This document shows positions 10,308 through 23,729 of a DNA stretch of 64,000 bases, piece after piece. Source of the DNA: Octopus bimaculoides (Eukaryota). The stretch covers positions 80,626,194 through 80,690,193 of the forward strand of contig NC_068988.1 of the NCBI RefSeq assembly GCF_001194135.2, in the 5' to 3' direction. Made by a program: the position numbers and the translations under genes. The notes under the pieces were generated by a model. It saw only the letters and a program-made list of their open reading frames with translations. It had not been told where the DNA came from and searched no databases. The number at the start of each line of letters is the position of its first letter. The stretch's first letter is position 1.

Positions 10308-11845
10308 AAGTGCTCAGGTGTACTACAACTTATCTAAGTTGCATGCATAGTACATAGAATTATGTACAAATTTTAGGAAAGTGAACAGTGTATGAGTCAT
10401 GATATACATGTGTGCATGCGTATGGAGGCAGTGGAGGATGTCAGATGTAGTGTCGGTGAATTTCAGGAAGTATGGAAGTTTTAAAGGACGCAATGTCTCG
10501 GCAGCTAACAACTGATGCAGGTAGTCTGTTCCGTGCTTCAGCAACTCTGAGTGTGAAAAAATGTTTCCGAAAGTCATGGAAGCTGTGCTGTTTTCTGACT
10601 TAGTAAGCATGCCCACGTGTGATAGACACCGATTAATCCTTTTTTATTTTTCTTATAAGTGCTCTTCTGTTACATGGGAGACTGTGTTTAGTTTTTCTCA
10701 AGGACTGCAGTGGAGTGTGGTACGACCATATATTTGAGACAATGTCCATAAATAGCTGCCAGGATGTATTGATGTTCCTTGTGGTGAAAGAATGATTAAG
10801 ATCAACCAACGAGTGAAAGATCGTGAGTCTTCCGGTTAGCATTCAGTAGATCCATGAGGTCAAAAGGGTGTGATCGTACCACATCACTTTTAGTTGCCAG
10901 GATCTTAAATTACAGAGATATCGTGTTGAATTATTGATACTGTTAATGTGGTTATTAAACACTAATGTGTTTTTGTTGGATTTCGTTGGAACGAGAACAA
11001 GTTGGGGCAGGGAAAATTCGTTCGTGAATTCGAAAAGTGATCCCACTGCTGCTTTCTCTAGGATTGAAACACACACACACACTTGTCTTCAAGAGATGAG
11101 TAGACCAGTCAACACAGGGGAAATTAAAGTCACCCATTATTAAACCACTATCAGATTGGCATTGTTGAATGAAAGACTTAATATTCATGAGGTATTCTTT
11201 GAAACACAACAGCGACACTTGGAGAAGCCTGTAGAACCTAATTATTGATAAATCATTTGCTTTGTTATAAACAGACACTGATTCACAACAGCCATTGGAG
11301 AATTAAACTTTTGTATCAGCGGTAAATGACTCATGTAGGAAAGTTATTATAATCCTTAAAATGTTGGATTGTTATAACACCCACTTCGATATACAGTATA
11401 CTTAGTAAAACCAGTAAAAACACGACTATCTCTGACCGTCTACTATGTACTCTGGTACTTCACGTACTTCTCTTTACTTATAGTGACTAGGTTATTCCAT
11501 TCATCACGTGGGACGGATGTACCATTATCAATAATTCCCTACAACAAAAATAGCAACTCCTCCCTTTCTTCTACCGATACGGTCAGCGCGAATGGTGGTA
11601 TAAGTCCTCACCATTGCTTCAGCTTCTAAGTGGGAGTTGTTAAGATGAGTCGCAGTAAGATCGAAGAAAAGCATGTGATGAGTGTGGCCGGCAACCCAGT
11701 CTGATTGAACTAAAACTATTATCTTAACTGAAAGAATAACTGATGCCTTGGGCATTTAGCAAAAATGCTGAGACTGAAGACTTATGGCTTATTGGCAGCG
11801 AGGAAGGTAGTTTCTGCACTGGGACACACACACGCACACGCACAT

Positions 11846-12150
11846 ACAAGGGTTGGACAAAATAATGGAAACACCTTAAAACTTCAAGCAAATTTATTTT
11901 AATATGGGGTAGGACCGCCTTTGGCTGTAATTACAGCTTGAATTCTATGAGGTATGGACTCGTGCAAAGTTTGATTTTTTTTCCAAAGGAATTTTGTCCA
12001 TTCCTCAGCTAAAACAGTCTATGGTTTTTGTAGTGATGATGGTGGAGGATATCAACTCCTTACTTGTTTTTCTAAAATGCACCATAAATTTCAATAATAT
12101 CGAGAACTGGGGACTGTGGTGGTCAGATAAGATGTTCAACTTCACTAGAG
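11846..12150 (-). mobile_element. Tc1-like transposon 3' end with TIR
   Basis: TA then caagggttggacaaaataatggaaacacc (Tc1-type terminus); minus strand PPQSPVLDIIE is a decayed WPPQSPDLNIIE. Confidence 0.75.
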
Positions 12151-12189
12151 TATTAAGATATATATAATGCTATGACACCCAAGAACTAA

Positions 12190-13750
12190 GATGAAACGGA
12201 TTCAGTTAAGTGGTGCTCAAAACAAAAATTAGCAAATAAGAAACAAGAGAAGACTTTGGAATTAGAGTACGAGACTGCAAAGTTGACTAGTTTCTTCACA
12301 AAAGATCTACAACATCAACATGATGATGATGCACAGATAGATTCTGGGCCAAAGTCAATCTCCATCTTCAGAAGTCAACACAAATATAGCAAATACCTCT
12401 TTTATCACTCCAGAATCAAATAATGAAGACATTCGAATCACCGAGGTATCACAAGCACGTTCATCTAGCACAAGTCTCATAACTAATCTGAGTGATTTCA
12501 TTTTGCCCGTAAATTCTCATGATACTGATACCGCCACTGCAAATGAAATGATTCATTCTGTAAAACATGAAGAAAATCGCAATTTGGCAGAAGATCCAGG
12601 GTTGTGGTCTACTAACCTGTCTGGATGTTATAAATGGAAGCAGCAAAAAATTTTAGAAACAAACAAGTTTGCTATAAATGTTCCCTGTGCAGCTCATTCA
12701 TTAAATCTGGTTGGCCAAAGTGCTGTTGACTACTGTGAAGAGGCTGTTCATTTCTTCTCTACAGTACAGTTACTCTATACCTGTTTCTTTTCAGTCGACC
12801 GGTGGAAAATTCTTAAAGAACGTATTAAAAATGAAAGTGTCTAAAAATCCCTCTCTGATACAAGATGGGAGGCACATGTTATGGCCACAGAAGCGATTTT
12901 GAAATCTTTCCTTGAGATTTTGGATGCTTTAGAATATATAGCTGAAGATCAGTCACAAAAGGGAGATACTAGAAGAGAGGCAAATAATATTGCAGACAAG
13001 ATGCAAAAGCTAGAATTCATTATCATGTTGAATTTTTAGAACGAGATTTTGCAGAATTTTTACAGAGTAAATAAAGGTCTACAAGATGAGGATGTGAACT
13101 CAAAAATATATGCAGATCTGTACGTATCATTAGCAGAGCAAACGCGCACCTCACGAGATGAATTTGAAAAATATGAAAAAGATGCCGAGGAAATGTAACC
13201 AGATGCTGATTACAAGGCAACTGCAATTCGTAAACGTATTAGAAAGAAGTTACCCCATGACGGAGTTGCACCAGGAGTATATGTAAATGCTAGAGATAAT
13301 TTTCGTGTCACCACCTTTCTTAGAATTGTTGATAAATTTGCAACTGAGACAAAAAGAAGAGGGGAGATATCCAAAAAAAGCGCAGAAAAGTTTTCTTTTC
13401 TATGTGATGTACCACGTAATGCCTCTTCAACATCTACTAACGCTGAGAACTATTCTTAATATTGTCAAAACCTGATTGATACTTACCCTGAGGACTTCAA
13501 TAGTAATTTCTCAGCTCAGCTTGAGCCGTTTCATTTATATGTGCGCCATAATTTCAGTGCAAGAGACAATAGAAAAACTAGATTCAGTCATGCTGAACTT
13601 TATAAGATTATATTAGAAGACAATATCGAGTGTGCCTTTCCAAATGTAGATATTGCCTTAACACTAATGATCACAAATTGTTCAGCTGAGCGTTCATTTT
13701 CACGACTGAAATATATCTAAAACCCTCTCAGGACAACAATGCAACTTTAG
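12190..13750 (+). mobile_element. Internally deleted, decayed hAT transposase
   Basis: N-terminal MKRIQLSGAQNKK; core VPCAAHSLNLVG...SLSDTRWEAH; C-terminal dimerisation motif FPNVDIALTLMITNCSAERSFSRLKYI; stops and frameshifts; TIRs not found. Confidence 0.85.
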
Positions 13751-14639
13751 CTTGCGATCTACCTCCACTATAAGAACTTTATACTATAGGATGATAAAAA
13801 CAAATTGATTAATGTTGAATAAAGAGCTATTAATAAATTACACTTAAATTTCAATTAACGATTCACATTTCGTACATCATTACCACAAACAAATCTGCTG
13901 CATCTTTTCTCAAAACTTTCCAGCAAAAGTGATTAAGGTGTGACTGGAAAAGCTCATTAGTAACGATTGCGAAAGACCGCACGCTAAAGTAGCACCAAAT
14001 TTTCTTATCGCAAAATGGAAAATTACATTCTTCAAATTGAAGAAAGAAATATTTTGACGGGATCAATGTTAACTATTTCAACTGTCATACACACAAAGGC
14101 ACTGCAGAGAAGAAATCAAATATCATTCTTGGGTTTGTATAAAACCCTTTTATACGAACTTTCTGAAGTTGACATTATAGGCAATGACTAACGTTAGATT
14201 TAAATATCAACGGGACATAACTATCAAAATAACAAGAGTTATTTCCCTTAAGTAAAAAATTAGTATTTTGAGTTTGGTTAATTAAATTTTTTTGTTCCCC
14301 ACTTGATACGTTTGTTATAAATTAAGCAAGATTTTGTCAGACAAGAAAATTTAAGTAATGATCTCCAAACACGAATCTCAAACAAGTAAATATATTCTTT
14401 AAGTTTGTTTTACGTAACCTTCAATTACTTGCCGTTTAATCCATCTCTAACCAACGCAATCTATTCTAAAATTATTTATTTTATTATCGAAAGGGACATA
14501 TGTCGAAATGGATACATATGTTATGAAGAAAATAAATACTGAAGCGAAAACCTTGTTGTAATAAAAAGGTATTCGTCTTTTGGTTGCTCTGAGCATAATA
14601 GTTTAAACAACTTTATACAGCACCAATTACAAAGTATAC

Positions 14640-15100
14640 CTAACTTATCGTCCAGACAACCCTGCAGCAAGACGTAATTTTTATGGTCTGAAAAGGTTAA
14701 AAGTAATAATCTGGATCGAGCTTCCCATTGGCAGAAGGGTGCGATCAAGCCTTTGAATGGAAGCGTGTCAAGAACTAGAACTTTTTGCATGATTACGGGG
14801 ACAAAAGGGATGGCATGACTATTCTCAATCGAGGTTGGCTGTAGAGGATTCCCTACAGAGTCAGTATGGAGAAAGTTTACAGCCACTGGAATACGCGGAA
14901 GAGATAAAACGGTTGTTGTATGTAGGATGGAGGAGGCAACAGAAACAGTCTGTCGCTGATTATGGAGCGGCGGAGAGGAGTTAAGCTGGAAGTCAGGAGG
15001 GATGATGAGCATTGATGTGGCCAATACTGCTGACCCACGGTTCAAGATCAAAACACTCAATGATCGTTAAATACCATCTGATGACATTGATTCCTCCAGA
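14640..15100 (+). mobile_element. HERO-like (RLE-type) non-LTR retrotransposon 3' fragment
   Basis: Frameshifted plus-strand peptide KVIIWIEL..EGCDQAFEWKRVK..KGW..IEVGCRGFPTESVWRKFTATGIRGRDK...LW....ELSW matches the HERO ELTVPWEE...EVGCRGF pattern as recalled. Confidence 0.7.
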
Positions 15101-15944
15101 TCAAAGTTACAATAAATGATTACAAGTTTCAGATGAGAAAATGCTTAGCAGCATTATTTCTAATTTTACGTTCTGAGTTCAGATACCGCCTTGGTCAACT
15201 TTACCTTTTATCTTTTTGAGGTCGATAAACTAAGTAACAGTCGAACTTTAGGGTGAATATAGTCGATTAATCCCCATCCCCAAAATTTCAAGTTTTTTGC
15301 CTATAATAGAAAACATTATTTTGATTAGCCGTTACAATGAAATAATCTATAGAATTGTATAAAAGCTATCTAGATCTTAGGTTGAGTTTCTCAATGAAAT
15401 GTCCTGTAAAGTTTGCATTTTGTAAACATTTACACAATCCTCTTAAGATAGTGAATTGCAAATAATCAAAAAGTTGACATATTATCATAACGAAGAACAC
15501 CTATCTCGCGACACCGAGATTCAGGGTTAGCCTGATAGGTGAATGGATGGATGGGTGGACGGCGGGCGGACAGAGAGAGGAAGGGACTGAGAGAGAAGAC
15601 ACACAGAATAGCCAGTATGTGTTACTAAATGGCGTTTAAAAATAATTTCCTAGAACGAAATTTCCTCCACACGCAGTATGCGCATGTGAACACACGCACA
15701 CACACACAAGTATATGCCCAAGCAAGCTTTAAGATTCCCTCTCCAACTTCTCTCACCCTCATCTTCCAAATTACCTCTCGGAGTTGTCACATAGTATAAG
15801 GACTAAAAAACTTCTTTTTTAAAAAAAACAATCATTCTAAGGGACATAACTCTGATAGGCCTAAAGTTCTTTAGTTGATTTTGTTTTTTTTATTTTTTGA
15901 TCTATCGGGATTTTTTAAACATTCCTGTCACACACACAGTTATT

Positions 15945-16300
15945 ATTTTTCACTCATAAGATTGCGGCCATGCTGGGCCACCAACTTGAGAAATTTTAGT
16001 ACTTTATCTATCCTGTTACTTAATCTATCGGTCGTTTTTGCCGAATTGCTAAGTTACAGGGACGTAAAAACACAAACACTGGTTATCAAAGTGATGGGGG
16101 ACAAACACAGCAGACAGAAAGACGCGCGCACGCACACACATATATATACAACGTGTTTCTTTCAGTTTCCATCTACCAAACCCACTCACAAGGTTTTGGC
16201 TGGTCTAAGGCTATAGTAGATGACACCTGCCCAAGGTGTCACACAGTGGAACTGAACATAGAACCATGTGGATTAGGAAACAAACTTCATACTACACACC
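15945..16300 (-). mobile_element. SINE family A copy
   Basis: ttgcggccatgctgggccacc...gccgaattgctaagttacagggacg...ttcagtttcc.tctaccaaa.ccactcacaagg. Confidence 0.75.
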
Positions 16301-16692
16301 CAAATAAAAGAGTATATGAGCCCATGTAGTGATCTCTATAAATGTACCCAGTACACTCAACAGAATATAAGGTGTGAGTACTTTTTAGCTTTAGTGAAGA
16401 TATAGCTGCTTCTGTCATGCTGGTGTCACAAAAATAATAATATACTGTAGTCTGTAAAGTGGTTCATGTTAAAAAGGGCATCCAGCTGTAGACATCATAC
16501 CAAAATTGAAATACACAAGCAACACGTGATCCTTTGACCATAAGCTGGCTTTGAATATGGCAAGCTGTCCAACCCTTGATAGCATGGCAAGTAGATGCAA
16601 AACGATGATGTAGCAATGACTTTCCAGGAGATACTGAGGCTATCATATGAATTCCTACTTCTGTTTTCTATATGTGATTTACTTTCTACATA

Positions 16693-16914
16693 TACAAGTG
16701 GGTGCTGAAAAGTTCCTAGCTTTGTGGGGAAAGAAAACACAGGAGGATCAGTTAATTATGGTTTTATTCGATATATTCCCCTCTCAGATTCACACTCTCA
16801 TTGCAGCGGTCCTTCAGTTTTTCTAAGCCCTGTAAAAGAACTTGGAAGGTTTGGCCTCCAACCAGGCTTTTCGTGATATCTTTGAAGCCAGAAACTTTTC
16901 AGCAACCCCTCATA
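16693..16914. mobile_element. Mariner-type MITE, about 220 bp
   Basis: Left tacaagtgggtgctgaaaagttcctagct; right end reverse-complements to tatgaggggttgctgaaaagtttctggct; TA flanks; no ORF. Confidence 0.8.
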
Positions 16915-19900
16915 TGCCAAGGAGTTGACAGATTTTACGTGGTTTTATTTCCATTGTGTTTATTGATCCCTTCTGATTGAGATATTGACATAAAGATGAA
17001 TATCTTCTGCTTTTTCAAAGTCATGTTAAGTATACAAACTAGTATTTGTAAAGAAAGTAATATCAGCATAATTTGTGTTATTGTTGTAATTGGTTAGTCA
17101 TCATTTAACATGTTTTCTATGCTGGAATGGGTCAGATGGTTTGACAGGGCCCAATAAGCCACAGAGCTGCATTAGCCCCCAATGTCAGCTTTGGCATGGT
17201 TTCTACAGCTGGATGCCCTTCCTAACAGCCACACCATAATTATCTTCAGTCCACATATAGCATTACAAAATTGAAGGATGGCATTGAATGCCTCTTCTTC
17301 CACACACAGTGTGGTATCTTATCAAAAGCCACCTGCCTTACTGTTTTTGTTCTTTTCCAGTGCTTCCTGCCATTAATTTTATAACCAATTGCTACAGCAA
17401 TGAGGACTGATTTGATCGTGCACACAGCAGTAAATAAACAATTTTGCTTTTAATATATTCTGGTAAATATAAAATCTAGGCTAAATTTAGCTGGTCAACA
17501 TTCATACAGGAATTGCTTCAGACTCCCATGAGGGATCACTATGGATGATGGGACCAAGTTAATAAATCCAATATCTGGGACTGTTATCTAAGATAGACTA
17601 GCTTCTATATTTAACTTTCACCCTTTCTTCGTACAAGGAACAGAACATAATATTCCATATAGTTAGTCATTTAGAGAACTAGTGAAATTCCTACCTCATT
17701 ACACATTACAGCCAACTTTACATATAGCAAGTGTCCCTAGACATCTTCCTATCATTGTACTCTATATTAGCACAGTAAACCTAGCTGTCAATAATGGCTA
17801 CCATATCTAGCAATATCACCTGTAAGTGTTCTATCAATATGAAACCCAAATCAATCAGCAGCTTTCAACACTCACTGCACCTCAGAGATATTTCATTTAC
17901 ATTTCGCTAAAACTATATTATTGTGTTTCTGACAAAGCACAGCAACCTTATATCTTAGAATAGGTTCTGATGGGTAAAAGTGAGTTATGATATTCATGCC
18001 TCATAAATTGAAATACACTGTCAGTAGAACATTAGTTTCAAGTAACCAACAGCTTACATCTTATTCCATAGATTTTACATAACCAGGGAAAATAACATCT
18101 AAAATATCAAATCAATGACAGAACAGTTTACATAGTCATTCAACCAGATAGAATGAACAACCAAATCTTCCTCAAATGACATCCTACTATCTTAAAGGAC
18201 AGAGTATATAAGATGACACCATATGACTGAGCAAAACGAATAACACTATATCACACATCACATAAGATTGGTCCTTAATTCTAGGAGTCTATATTCTATA
18301 TTTGTATAGGTTTTACTTAGTTGTCAGCTTTTGTTTGCAAACTGACTTAATCAACAATAGAATTAAGTGTTCCAAGAATATAAGAATCTTAGTAACAATG
18401 TGGATAGAGAAGTTCAGGGAGCTATTAGCTCTGCTGCTAACAAGTATTTTCAATGAATATAGAGAAAACTGTATGATGCTTATGTACTATGATATTGCAT
18501 GGCAATAAAACACACTGAAAGCAGACGATGTGTGAAGGCTGGGAAAATATTTTCTACTCTATGTACAGGTTATACTGCTACTCTCCACCTTTCCTGTACT
18601 AACACCTCCTTCCTAAGTCATTCCTACTTCTTTCGTCTCACCATACCCAACAGCTGTCTTGCACCACATCTAGTTTACCATTCACTACATTCACCCATCT
18701 GTTACTTACCTCTTACTCTTGTGAACCTATCCACTCTCCCTTCTCTCCCTTATACTCACCTACTTGAACTTTGACAGTGCATTGACACATTGTCACCAGC
18801 ATCTTTATCTTCTTTCCAGTTACTCCAACAAAACATTTTATTAATCCAAGGTAGCCATGTATCACATCTACAGCAAACATTTGGCATAAAGTCACCTCCC
18901 TCTACTACACCCTCACCCACTCAGTTGAGGAGACCTTTTTCTATCATATGAGGTACTTGGCAACCTCACTAGTGTTGGTACCACAGAAAAGTACCCTGCA
19001 CACTGTAAAGTGATTGACATTAGAGAGGGCATCCAGCCATAAAAAACATGCCAAATGCAGACATTGGAGCATGACCTTCCTGACACACTGAATACTGCCA
19101 AAACATCCAACCCATGCCAATATAAGAGATTGGCATTTATTGATGTTGATAATGACAATATATGTCTCCTTGCATTATCATACAAGTGATACATTTGTTT
19201 GCCGTCTTCTGTGAAAACATTTCTGGACAAATATCAACTTACTTGGAAACAGATGAGGGTTAACAAAAAGTACATCTGGCCATGTAAAATCTGCCTTATA
19301 AAATTTCATCTGACCCATGAAAGTACTAAATAATGATGATGTATATAATGCTCTAGGTGGGTTTCTTAATATAACCTTAGGCCTGCATCTGCTACCCAGC
19401 TTTGTTACCTCTTTGAGTGACAAGTGAATGACATTGAGAAGAGGGCATCAAACTATTGCAAGCATTCTTATCACTTGTCTATCACACATCACCCTTTTAC
19501 ATGTTCTATCTTATTCATTGTATTCTGCTGCTCTGTTGTTACAAATTTTCTCATTTCTCTCAAACTTATCTCACTAACTCTTACTCATGGCACCATGTTG
19601 CCTATGTAGTAAGAGATTCTACTAAACCTGTGCCTATTCTGCCACAATCTTATTCACTCTCAAAACATATGAAGAGGGACAACATTAGACCTGTTTGATG
19701 TTAACATTGTGTAATGTCAGCCATCACTTCCTCTCTCTCTATTGACATCCATTACTCTCTTCCACCATCACCCATCTGTTCCCATTCTCTCTCTCTCTCA
19801 CACCGGCAACATAAAGCCTATATTACTCTCCCTTTCATTACTTTCCCCAGCACTAACTTTTCCATCTTCCTACCCAGGCCCCACTGTCCTCACTCTTCTA

Positions 19901-21043
19901 CCCATTGCCTTGAATTATTAGAAACTCTACAAAGTTTATGTAACTAGTGTTAGCACCACAAAATACACCCAGTACAACATAGAGGTGAGGAAAGAAAAGG
20001 GTATCCAGAAATAGAAACTGAACCAAAACTGGAATATATAAGTGAGATGTGGTCCACTGACCCATATAGAAGGGGAGTAACTGAATACTCAGAGAGCAAA
20101 AAAAGCAAACAAAATGATGATGATGATGCCACTGACAATGACATTGCCAGCATTGTATGTAAATAAAGCTCTGTGTAGAATACCATAAACTTCAAGGCAA
20201 AGTATAAAATGTTATCATGTGCAGATGTTTTATAGGTCTTCTGGACAGGTAAAGTGGGAAATGACCAAAATGTTCTAAGCAGCAAGATACAAAACAATCT
20301 CGAACAACAAGCAAGAAAAAATGAAAATATCAAACATATTTCTGCCAGTTTAGTATGGTGCTATACTTGTTTCTCTTCTTGAAAGTGACGAAAGACATCA
20401 GACAATAATTTGGCTGTCACCATGGATATCTGGAAAATTTATGTTGGTTAAGTACAACTGAAGGGAGTCTTAAAACAGTATTGCATGTTTCAGAAGCCTT
20501 TATTGGCATTGGAAAGACACTTTACTGGATAAATAAATCTCATTCAAGACAGTTGCAACACAACAGCCTCTGCAAACTGGATATGAATTCATTAAGTGCA
20601 TGTATACGACAAAGTATCAAACTAAGAAATATTTCTATATTAACAAAAATGTACTATACAATTTGGAGGCATCATTAAAATTCAAATTTCTGCAATAAAT
20701 AGAAGACTAAAATGAAGCAATATTCATTCCGAATACTTTTTATTTACTTTACATTTCTGTATATCAGTTTACTAGTAAAATTCTCTCATTTCTTGTCGAT
20801 TGTATTAGCTATTATTATACATGTTTAGCTTTCAGAGATTTCATTTCATTAATAAAATGTCCAACCAATATTATCAAGGAAAAAATAAAGAAAAATTTTT
20901 AAATGCTAAATATTCTTAAAACTTCAACAAGGTATACAATACCTTCATTTCACACAATGCCAGTAACATATACACATAGATATATGTATGCATTACTGGC
21001 ATTGTGTGAAATTAAGGTACTGTATAATTGTCTGTGTATCTAA

Positions 21044-21074
<31 letters not shown>

Positions 21075-21076
<2 letters not shown>

Positions 21077-21634
21077 CTCTTTTACTTGTTTCAGTCATTT
21101 GACTGCGGCCATGCTGGAGCACCGCCTTTAGCCGAGCAAATCGACCCCGGGACTTATTCTTTGTAAGCCTAGTACTTATTCTATCAGTCTCTTTTTACCG
21201 AACCGCCAAGTGACGGGGACATAAACACACCAGCATCGGTTGTCAAGCCATGCTAGGACAAACACAGACACACATACATANNNNNNNNNNNNNNNNNNNN
21301 NNNNNNNNNNNNNNNNNNNNNNNNNNNNNNNNNNNNNNNNNNNNNNNNNNNNNNNNNNNNNNNNNNNNNNNNNNNNNNNNNNNNNNNNNNNNNNNNNNNN
21401 NNNNNNNNNNNNNNNNNNNNNNNNNNNNNNNNNNNNNNNNNNNNNNNNNNNNNNNNNNNNNNNNNNNNNNNNNNNNNNNNNNNNNNNNNNNNNNNNNNNN
21501 NNNNNNNNNNNNNNNNNNNNNNNNNNNNNNNNNNNNNNNNNNNNNNNNNNNNNNNNNNNNNNNNNNNNNNNNNNNNNNNNNNNNNNNNNNNNNNNNNNNN
21601 NNNNNNNGCTACTTACCACACAGCCACTCCTGCA
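21075..21634 (-). mobile_element. SINE family A copy spanning the 21281-21607 gap
   Basis: 3' part at 21075-21280 (tttcagtcatttgactgcggccatgctggagcaccgcc); head end at 21608-21634 (gctacttaccacacagccactcctgc). Confidence 0.85.
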
Positions 21635-21647
21635 TACTTTTATTTAT

Positions 21648-21703
<56 letters not shown>

Positions 21704-22048
21704 CCACCCATCACACCCATCATCACCATATCACCACCACCACCACCACCACCACACACACACACACATATTTACTAGATTTAAATTTTCTTATATACCA
21801 TGGATATTGCATGAATATTGTCTCCACACGGAGACACTGTAAAAGATAACTTCCTTCAACAATTACCTAAATTTGTTTAAAACAGTCTATTAAGTGTTTG
21901 GTTATGTTCAAGATCCACAAATAGAAACCAGCATCTAGTAAATTGATGGTTGAATTCAAATTCAAAAGAAAAATGAAAATATCAAGTTAAGACTATATCT
22001 TGGTAAATTTAAAAAAAAAAAGCTAAAACAAACTGCTGCCAAATATAT

Positions 22049-22054
22049 TTTATT
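22049..22054 (-). terminator. Candidate poly(A) signal AATAAA for glycogenin (3' UTR about 1.5 kb); alternative at 22239-22244
   Basis: tttatt on plus; followed on minus by a U-rich tract (gtttgttttagctttttttttt); the hexamer is common in AT-rich DNA. Confidence 0.3.
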
Positions 22055-23540
22055 TAATTAAGACTATTTCAATCACAAAATTATCAAAGAGTCATATTAT
22101 ATACATATATCACTTAAAATGCTAATTCAAACATCAAACTTTTAATGCTTTGTTCAGGTGATCATACCATGAATCCAGCACAATCTTGAAAATTACCCAT
22201 TTTGGTACAGATGTCAAGAAGAGAAAACAGTTATAGATTTTATTTCTTAAAATCTTTACAGTATTGTAGTATCAATCTTGTCATTACAATTGACAGCATG
22301 CAATAAATAGTTTGGCTTCTTATAACCTCAACCGTGGACTGCAAATGAAATTACAGACACATTCCATTTTATCCAGGATATCATAATTGGAGAGACACTA
22401 ATAATTGTGACAGCCACTTCCCATCAGTCACATTGTCATTTCTTGATGAAACAATGAAATTGCTGTGATTATTACCTCAGCTAATGAGCTGCAGTTACTG
22501 ACAGCAGAACATGGCAAGACCGAGCAATTTACCAACAAAGCTTATACCAATTCTCTAAACTAATCCCAAGCTTCTAAGTGGAATTCAGAAGCACAGATTT
22601 TATGACAGAACAAGAAATTGTCAAAATTATCAATGTCTGGTCTTCCTTATTAAAAATAAGGAGTTAAAACTCAAATGCAAAAGTCACAAACAAAAACAAT
22701 TTTTCTAAGTTAATGATTTTCTAAAGGAGAAAAAATACTGTCAACCTCTGAGGTACTATGAAACTGCTTGAAGTTAGATACAACCAGACTATTGAGTTGA
22801 ACACTTAAATTTATAAACTACCATTTAGGATAAAACTGGTGTTTAATATATTTAATGCAACCCTATATAGTGAAGTGGCTGTATTATACAGAGTTATTGT
22901 TCTTAATGATCAGCACCAAGAGACAGCCAATAAGAGGAAAGAAGAATTCAATTGTTCTCTTCAAAAATGGAAAGCAACTTTAGATAAATTAGCAAATAAT
23001 TTTCATCAGATGGCAGAGTAAAAAGTACAGAAACTCAATTGATGAATAATGTGTATGATGCACTAAAATCTTGCAGAAAAATTAGGCACCTAAGGGGACA
23101 GAGAATGCTATTCTAATAACAGATTCTTGAAAATTAATCTATATCACTTAAAGATAAAAGACTTTTGAACCAGAAGGAAAATAATGTAAAAGTTTAAAAA
23201 CTAATATCTCAAGTCTAGGATACTTACAAAGTTATTTAATAACAAACTTTTTAAATATATCTTATGACAAAGCAGGGAAATTGCTCAAAATTTTTAAGGA
23301 AATAATGTAAAAGCCAAAGTAACATTGTGTCAGTCACAATATGGAGCAGTCAAATTAATAGATTGGGTCATTACACAGAAGTAAGAAAAAAATATGTAAT
23401 GAAGTGCATAGCAGTTCAAGTAGTTTGTTAGTTGATTTAATAGCTTTGGAGCAGTTTCAATATATGTAGCTTATTCAAAACAAGTTTTGAACGTTTTTTT
23501 CTTTTTTTCTTTTTTTTCACTTGACTTGAGTATAAATCAT

Positions 23541-23729
23541 TCACATGCTGCCCGACTGATTTTGATTTAAATTCAAATCAAGTTTCCGTTGGATGTTATC
23601 AAAACTATCTTGCCCCATATAGTCAATCTCACCATGCTCCCATGCCATACGTTTTTCAAATTCATCCATTGCTGCTCTTTGTCCTTGACAGCTTAAATCT
23701 GCACCAATGATTGGACCAGTAAGAGCAAT
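23541..23729 (-). CDS. GYG1: Glycogenin terminal exon with glycogen-synthase-binding motif and TGA stop
   Basis: ttctcgtttgcag|ATTGCT...; ORF 23541..23735 contains [26 protein letters not shown], like human [24 protein letters not shown]. Confidence 0.95.
   Translation of the reverse strand: MALTGPIIGADLSCQGQRAAMDEFEKRMAWEHGEIDYMGQDSFDNIQRKLDLNLNQNQSGSM

Larger units (their letters stand above)
9690..11760 (-). mobile_element. CR1/L2-type LINE remnant (APE endonuclease region and downstream), interrupted by (GAA)n and (CA)n
   Basis: ORF 11528..11755 THLNNSHLEAE...IRADRIGRRKGGVAIFV and ORF 10955..11278 LIMGDFNFPCVDW are APE motifs. Confidence 0.75.

Noticed and set aside
19950-20380. 127-aa hydrophobic minus ORF with a partly open, charged plus-strand mirror frame
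   Set aside because: The plus frame has three stops, there is no recognisable family or splice support, and a (GAT)n tract suggests repeat origin
22839-23021. 60-aa plus-strand ORF that looks coiled-coil-like
   Set aside because: Short, antisense to the probable glycogenin 3' UTR, with no homology I recognise
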